Of a stretch of DNA of 64,000 nucleotides, positions 58,571 to 64,000 are shown piece after piece. The translations under genes were made by a program, and so were the position numbers. The DNA is from Candidatus Hydrogenedentota bacterium. GTDB lineage: Bacteria > Hydrogenedentota > Hydrogenedentia > Hydrogenedentales > CAITNO01. The stretch covers positions 168 to 64,167 of the forward strand of contig JAKOTZ010000206.1 in assembly GCA_029776995.1 (NCBI GenBank), written 5' to 3'. Numbering within the stretch: the first letter of the stretch is position 1; every line of letters begins with the position of its first letter. The notes under the pieces are model-generated. The model saw nothing but the letters and a program-made list of their open reading frames with translations. It was not told the origin of the DNA and did no database searches.

Positions 58571-61210
58571 TCAGCCTTGCAACAGCCGTTCTACGGCGCG
58601 GGGGGCGGATTTCAGGCACGCATCTATGCCCTCGATCCGCTTACCGCCGGCCTGTGCCATGTCCGCGCGGCCGCCGCCGCTTCCCTCTACCAGTGGAGCC
58701 AGCTCAGCCGCCAGGGCTTTCGCGGAGATCCGTCCGGTCAGATCTGGGGTCACGCCGATGATCAGCGCGGCTTTTCCTTCGCAGGCGCCGGCCAGTACAA
58801 TCACGCTTTCCTGCCTCAGTTTATCTTTCAGGCGGTCCATGGCCGCGCGCATGCTTTTGGCATCCAGGTCGTCCATGCGCACGGCCACGACGCGGACCCC
58901 GGATACCACGACAGCGTTCCGTTCTGGATCAGCGGCCGTGCCGCCGGTAGCGGCCGTCTGTTTCCAGCGCTCCACTTCCCGCTGGAGCTTCCGGATTTCC
59001 TCCTGCAGCGCCCGGACCCGGTCCGGGAGTCCATCCGGAGCGACACTCAGCGCGCGGGCCGCCTGCTGCAGCCAGCGTTCGTGTTCCTGCACCGCCTCTA
59101 CGGCTTCGGCGCCGCAAACCGCCTCGATCCGGCGGACCCCCGCAGAAAGCGCGGATTCACTGAGAATTTTGAACAGGCCGATTACGCCCGTTTGGGATAC
59201 GTGGCACCCCCCGCACAATTCCAGGCTGATATCTCCGGTCCGTACCGTTCGCACAATCGGGTCGTACTTTTCGCCGAACAGGGCCATGGCGCCCTCTGCC
59301 CGGGCCTCCTCGATCGGCCGCAGTGCCGTGTTCACAGGCAGGTCCTCCCGGATCCAGGCGTTCACCAGCCGTTCTATATCTTCGATCCGTTCCTGGCTCA
59401 GCCCTTCAAAATGGGTGAAATCAAACCGGAGGCGGTCCGGTCCCACATATGAACCCGCCTGGTGGACATGTTCTCCCAGCGCCTGGCGCAGGGCCGCCTG
59501 CAGCAGATGGGTGGCGGTATGGTGCCGTTCCGTGCTCCGGCGGCGTTCCGCGTCTACCCGGCCGGTTACGCGGTCGCCTTTCGCCAGCCTGCCCCGGGTG
59601 GTCTTGACCTGGTGTACCGTCATTTTCCCGACCGGCCGGGATACGTACTCAACGAGCGCCTCGCCGGCGGATCCGGCCAGGTTGCCCGTATCGGCCACCT
59701 GCCCGCCGGCTTCCGCGTAAAACGGGGTCCGGTCCAGGATGACCTCTGCCGCTTCACCGGCATCCACGGTGTCTACTTCCTCGCCGTCACGGATAATGGC
59801 CAGGATGGTGCCTTCACATTCGAGGGTCTCGTACCCCACGAATTCCGTGTCTCCTGTTCGGGCATGGACCGCCCGGTATACCGGCGGCAGTGCGGCCTGG
59901 CCGCTGCCCGCCCAGGCTCCGCGTGCCTTCTCGCGCTGGCGCGCCATGGCGCGTTCGAAACCGTCGCGGTCCACGGTGTATCCCTTTTCCTCCGCCATGT
60001 CGGCCGCCAGGTCCAGCGGAAAGCCATATGTATCGTGCAGCGTGAACAGGGTATCCCCGGATACCACTTTTTCCCCGGACCGGGCCATTTCATCGAATAC
60101 GTTCGCGAGCAGTTCCATGCCCCGGGCCAGCGTTCCGGCGAAACGTTCCTCTTCCAGCCGGATTATCCGGGCAATATGGGTTCGCCCTTCGACCAGTTCG
60201 GGATACTGGTGGCCAAAACGGTCTACCACGGCTTCACTGACCCGGTACAGGAACGGGGCGTCCATACCCAGTTCCCGGCCGAACCGGGCGGCCCGCCGCA
60301 GCAAACGCCGGAAAACGTATCCCCGCCCTTCATTGCCGGGCAGGATACCGTCAGCCAGCATGAAACTGAGCGCGCGGATGTGATCCGCTATCACCCGGTA
60401 AGGGACCGGCCTGGTTTCGTATGGCACACCGGCTATGGATGCTGTGGCGTCAATCATGGCGTACAGGCCGTCCGTGTCGAAAACGGTCTGTTTTCCCTGC
60501 AGCAGCATGGCCATGCGCTCCAGGCCCATACCCGTGTCGATGCCGCGGTTTTTCAGCGGAGGACGGGATCCATCCGGCTGCTGGTCATACTGGGGAAACA
60601 CGAGATTCCAGAATTCCAGAAAACGTTCGTGGGGATCACGGTCCGGCGTAGCTTCCGGATCCACTTCAGCGCCCCGGTCATACAGCAGCTCCGAACAGGG
60701 GCCGCAGGCTCCGGTATCTCCGGCCGGTCCCCAGAAATTATCCTTTGCGCCCATCCGCACGATCCGGGACGGCGAGATGCCCACTTCTTTTTCCCAGATT
60801 TCCGCCGCCTCGTCATCTTCCGTGTACACCGTTACCCAGACGCGCTCCGCCGGGATCCGCAATACCCGCGTGGTGAATTCCCATCCCCACTGGATCGCTT
60901 CGCGCTTGAAATAATCTCCAAAGGAGAAGTTACCGAGCATTTCAAAGAAGGTAAGGTGGCGTGAAGTTTTTCCAACTTCGTCCAGGTCGTTGGCCTTGCC
61001 GCCGGCCCGGAGGCATTTCTGGGCTGTGGCCGCCCGGCGGTATGGAACCGGTACCTCGCCTGTGTAATACGGTTTGAACTGAACCATGCCCGCGCTGGTG
61101 AACAGCAGGGTCGGGTCATTTTTCGGGACCAGCCGGTCGCTGCGCTCAATTACATGGTCCCGTTCCCGGAAAAATTCCAGAAAAGCTGAGCGGATTTCAT
61201 CACTTTTCAC
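58571..61210 (-). CDS. alaS: Alanine--tRNA ligase
   Basis: DPTLLFTSAGMVQFK, FFEMLGNFSFGDYFK, DTGMGLER, HHTATH, GGGRADMAQAGG. Confidence 0.99.
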   Translation of the reverse strand: MKSDEIRSAFLEFFRERDHVIERSDRLVPKNDPTLLFTSAGMVQFKPYYTGEVPVPYRRAATAQKCLRAGGKANDLDEVGKTSRHLTFFEMLGNFSFGDYFKREAIQWGWEFTTRVLRIPAERVWVTVYTEDDEAAEIWEKEVGISPSRIVRMGAKDNFWGPAGDTGACGPCSELLYDRGAEVDPEATPDRDPHERFLEFWNLVFPQYDQQPDGSRPPLKNRGIDTGMGLERMAMLLQGKQTVFDTDGLYAMIDATASIAGVPYETRPVPYRVIADHIRALSFMLADGILPGNEGRGYVFRRLLRRAARFGRELGMDAPFLYRVSEAVVDRFGHQYPELVEGRTHIARIIRLEEERFAGTLARGMELLANVFDEMARSGEKVVSGDTLFTLHDTYGFPLDLAADMAEEKGYTVDRDGFERAMARQREKARGAWAGSGQAALPPVYRAVHARTGDTEFVGYETLECEGTILAIIRDGEEVDTVDAGEAAEVILDRTPFYAEAGGQVADTGNLAGSAGEALVEYVSRPVGKMTVHQVKTTRGRLAKGDRVTGRVDAERRRSTERHHTATHLLQAALRQALGEHVHQAGSYVGPDRLRFDFTHFEGLSQERIEDIERLVNAWIREDLPVNTALRPIEEARAEGAMALFGEKYDPIVRTVRTGDISLELCGGCHVSQTGVIGLFKILSESALSAGVRRIEAVCGAEAVEAVQEHERWLQQAARALSVAPDGLPDRVRALQEEIRKLQREVERWKQTAATGGTAADPERNAVVVSGVRVVAVRMDDLDAKSMRAAMDRLKDKLRQESVIVLAGACEGKAALIIGVTPDLTGRISAKALAAELAPLVEGSGGGRADMAQAGGKRIEGIDACLKSAPRAVERLLQG

Positions 61211-61322
61211 AACAATCCCTTTCAGTGCCGTATGGATGCGCGTATAGAGTCCTGTACCACCTGATCATCCGGTGTCCTCAAAGTATACCAAACCGTTTTG
61301 TTTCCGGACAGCGAAGAATGGC

Positions 61323-61352
61323 TTGACAAATTTGACGGTATTCAAGTACAGT
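61323..61352 (+). promoter_or_regulatory. Sigma70 promoter candidate for the hybrid kinase
   Basis: TTGACA-N18-TACAGT. Confidence 0.5.
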
Positions 61353-61387
61353 TTTATTGGTGACGAGGATCCCGTGGTTTTAGGAGG

Positions 61388-63754
61388 GTGAGTATGTCTA
61401 CACCTGTGGCATCTGAGGTGCGGGTGAATAAAAAGCTGATTCTGGCCGGGTTCGCGCTGGGAGCTTTCTTCGAGATTGTGGCCATTTCTGTCGCGCCGAG
61501 ATCCTTTCGCGCTCCGTATGATGAGTTTTTCTCTTTCATATCGTCAGTCTTTGTAGTTGTTACATCGCTGTATTTCACCTACCGGATGACCGACCGGATC
61601 TATCTGCTCCCCGTGGCGGCACTCCTGTATTCGCTGACCAAACTGTTCGATTTCCTGGGGTCCCTTCCCGGGCTGATTTACATTTATCCGATCGGCGATA
61701 GCTACGGTGTCAGCAACGTTACCCAGTCGGCCATGTTCGTAGTGGCTGCCATGCTGCTGATTTACAGCATGATGCTGTACATCATCGACCTGCGTAAAGC
61801 CCAGAACAATCTGCGGGAGAGCAATGCCCAGCTTGAGGCCGAACGCGCCAGGCTGGTGGAAACCAACCGGGAATTGACGTGGATCCGCGCGATGCTGGAA
61901 CACGTAATTGAATCGCTCCCGGTAGGGCTCTTCTGGAAAGACAGCCAGGGTCGTTACCAGGGGTGTAACCGCCGTTATCTGGAGCTGACGGGCGCGGCTA
62001 TTTCAGATCCTGCCGACATGATCGGAAAGACAGACCAGGACGTCCCGGGCATGCTTTACCGCGAATCCAGTTTTGGAAACGGAGCGGTAAACGGCACCTG
62101 GCAGGTTCAGACGCCAACGGGTAGCTGGCATGTGCTGAGGCGGGTGCCCTTAAAAGATGAAGAAAAGAATGACACCGGCGTTCTGGGGGTTGTTGCAGAC
62201 ATCACCAATGAACGGCTTCTTGCAGAGTCTCAGGCATTGCTGTCCCGGGCCATTGAGCAGGTGGACTCCCTGGTAGCCGTATTCAGCGAACGCGGTACGT
62301 TTGTGTATGCCAATCCGGCATTTTGCGCGCTGACCGGCCTTGCTGCGGATGGCCTCTACGGGAAACCATTTTCCGTGCTGACCAACGCGCGGCTGCCCGA
62401 GGAGAACCTCAACCAGATCCTGCGTGTTGTCACGGCCAGCAAATCCTGGAAAGGCCGCCTTATGCTGCGTAACGCACAAAACGCCTTTTCCTGCGTGGAT
62501 GCCACGGTATCGCCCCTGTGGCGAAGTGACGGAACCCTGTCCCACTTCGTGCTGATCGGGCACGACGTGACCCGGGAAGTGATGCTGGAACAGCAGCTGA
62601 ACCAGGCGCAGCGCCTGGAGGCCATCGGCCGGCTGGCCGGCGGTATCGCTCACGATTTTAACAACATGCTGCAGGTGGTGGGCGGGTATACCGAACTGAT
62701 GCGGGCAAAGTTGCCGGCGGATTCAGGTTTCCAGCACGCGCTGGAGGTGAATGCCCGGGTAATTGACCGGGCCGCGCGCCTGGTGCGGCAGCTGATGCTG
62801 TTCGGGCGGCAGGATCAGTCGGATATTACGGAACGGTTCAGCCTCAGCAGCACGGTCTCGAATTTTTTGAAACTGCTGCGCAAGGTGATCGGCGAACACA
62901 TCGAAGTGCGCTTCGAATCACACCTGGTCGATGATGTGGTGCTGGGGCAGCCGGAGCAGGTGGAACGGGTGCTGCTGAATCTCTGTGTCAATGCCCGGGA
63001 CGCCATGCCGGATGGAGGAACCATAGTGATCAAAACCACCCTTTATGCTCCGGATACGCTTCCGGTGGAATGGCCGGAGGGGTTGCGCGCGGAGTCTTAT
63101 TACTGTCTCGAAGTGGCCGATACCGGAACAGGTATCGAACCGGCGCTGCTGGAACATATTTTTGATCCCTTCTTTACAACCAAAGAAGCCGGTAAAGGGA
63201 CGGGTCTGGGCCTCTCGGTGGCCTACAGCGTGATGCGCCAGCACCAGGGAGCCATAACCGTAAAAAGCGAGTTAAACCAGGGAACCACGTTCTATCTGCT
63301 CTTCCCTCCGTATACCGGAACGGAGGAGAATGCTGATGAAATCAAACAGGAGGGCAGTGCTGCCGATCTGCCCGGAGGCAGTGAGCGGATCCTGCTCGTG
63401 GACGACGAATCACATATACGAGAACTGTGCGCGCAGATTCTGCGCGAGCGTGGGTATACGGTAGTGGAAGCAGTGGACGGGGAAGACGGCTGGCGGCTGT
63501 TCAGCGCGGAACCTCGGGGATTTGACCTGGTGATTACGGACGTGGTTATGCCCCGACTGAACGGCATTATGCTGCGCGGCAGAATACATCGGGAGCGGCC
63601 GGAGGTGCCCGTAATTCTCTGCTCGGGCTACACGCCCGATGTGGTTGGGCAGATGCTTACCCCTGAGGATTCAGCCTCCCTGCTGCGCAAGCCCTATACC
63701 ATCGCTTCGCTGTTGCGTCGGGTCCGCGCCGAACTGGATGGGGCCATGCGCTGA
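61388..63754 (+). CDS. Hybrid sensor kinase (TM-PAS-PAS-HisKA-HATPase-REC; CckA-like architecture)
   Basis: About four TMs, two PAS domains, [36 protein letters not shown]. Confidence 0.93.
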   Translation: MSMSTPVASEVRVNKKLILAGFALGAFFEIVAISVAPRSFRAPYDEFFSFISSVFVVVTSLYFTYRMTDRIYLLPVAALLYSLTKLFDFLGSLPGLIYIYPIGDSYGVSNVTQSAMFVVAAMLLIYSMMLYIIDLRKAQNNLRESNAQLEAERARLVETNRELTWIRAMLEHVIESLPVGLFWKDSQGRYQGCNRRYLELTGAAISDPADMIGKTDQDVPGMLYRESSFGNGAVNGTWQVQTPTGSWHVLRRVPLKDEEKNDTGVLGVVADITNERLLAESQALLSRAIEQVDSLVAVFSERGTFVYANPAFCALTGLAADGLYGKPFSVLTNARLPEENLNQILRVVTASKSWKGRLMLRNAQNAFSCVDATVSPLWRSDGTLSHFVLIGHDVTREVMLEQQLNQAQRLEAIGRLAGGIAHDFNNMLQVVGGYTELMRAKLPADSGFQHALEVNARVIDRAARLVRQLMLFGRQDQSDITERFSLSSTVSNFLKLLRKVIGEHIEVRFESHLVDDVVLGQPEQVERVLLNLCVNARDAMPDGGTIVIKTTLYAPDTLPVEWPEGLRAESYYCLEVADTGTGIEPALLEHIFDPFFTTKEAGKGTGLGLSVAYSVMRQHQGAITVKSELNQGTTFYLLFPPYTGTEENADEIKQEGSAADLPGGSERILLVDDESHIRELCAQILRERGYTVVEAVDGEDGWRLFSAEPRGFDLVITDVVMPRLNGIMLRGRIHRERPEVPVILCSGYTPDVVGQMLTPEDSASLLRKPYTIASLLRRVRAELDGAMR

Positions 63755-63814
63755 GCCTTATTCCAGTAAACGTTTTCTTAACCTCACACAGACTTACAGG
63801 TAAATCCCAGAATA

Positions 63815-63823
63815 TGTTATAAT
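63815..63823 (+). promoter_or_regulatory. Extended -10 element TGTTATAAT
   Basis: Perfect TGnTATAAT about 40 nt upstream of the ATG at 63863. Confidence 0.55.
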
Positions 63824-63862
63824 TAGGTAACAAGTGGCAAAGAACAACAGGAAGGAGGAACC

Positions 63863-64000
63863 ATGGGCAGGCACGCATTATATCGCCTTGCGGTTGTGAT
63901 GGCAGTTTCGATGGCTGTGGCAGCCGGGGCCGGCGCGGAACTTATTTTTTCATCCGATTTCAGCACTCTTCCAGGTACAGTAACCCTTATCGGCAGCGCC
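63863..64000 (+). CDS. 5' end of a secreted protein (truncated by the window edge)
   Basis: AAGGAGG SD; MGRHALYRLAVVMAVSMAVAAGAGA signal peptide followed by ELIFSSDF...; open to the edge. Confidence 0.7.
   Translation, partial: MGRHALYRLAVVMAVSMAVAAGAGAELIFSSDFSTLPGTVTLIGSA

Overview
A GC-rich bacterial chromosomal window made up almost entirely of core and housekeeping genes. I saw no mobile element, CRISPR array, rRNA or tRNA. Gene style suggests a PVC/FCB-related diderm lineage, possibly Ca. Hydrogenedentota (inference only). Left part: a BadF-kinase/MurQ fusion running off the left edge, a secreted lysyl-endopeptidase-like protease with a CFI-box C-terminus, a System II cytochrome c biogenesis operon (lipoprotein-ccsB-ccsA), a CHASE4/PAS kinase with HDOD and HD-GYP-like regulators, an NtrC-type regulator, glutathione peroxidase, DprA and an FAD/Fe-S oxidoreductase. 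Middle: a stand-alone rpoBC with its own tandem promoters, surA-like PPIase, eno-ftsB, LAB_N plus ArnT-like genes, an aminotransferase and rpsT. Right part: a five-gene envelope protease operon, anmK-trm112-PIG-L (frameshifted)-cheX, a stand-alone sigma70 region-4 protein, macrodomain plus nucleotidyltransferase, sufBCDSU, an IMPase with a basic AT-hook tail, alaS and a hybrid kinase. Best candidates for something undescribed: (1) the 39.6-46.2 kb operon pairing an active HtrA with two apparently dead protease homologues (pseudo-HtrA, exported TPR/pseudo-CHAT) and an ArfB-like GGQ factor; (2) a TGTCC repeat array upstream of the orphan sigma region-4 gene; (3) an IMPase with a histone-like AT-hook N-terminus; (4) natural rifampicin-pocket substitutions in RpoB; (5) a terminator inside the rpsT leader. 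All family assignments come from motif recognition by eye, not database searches.
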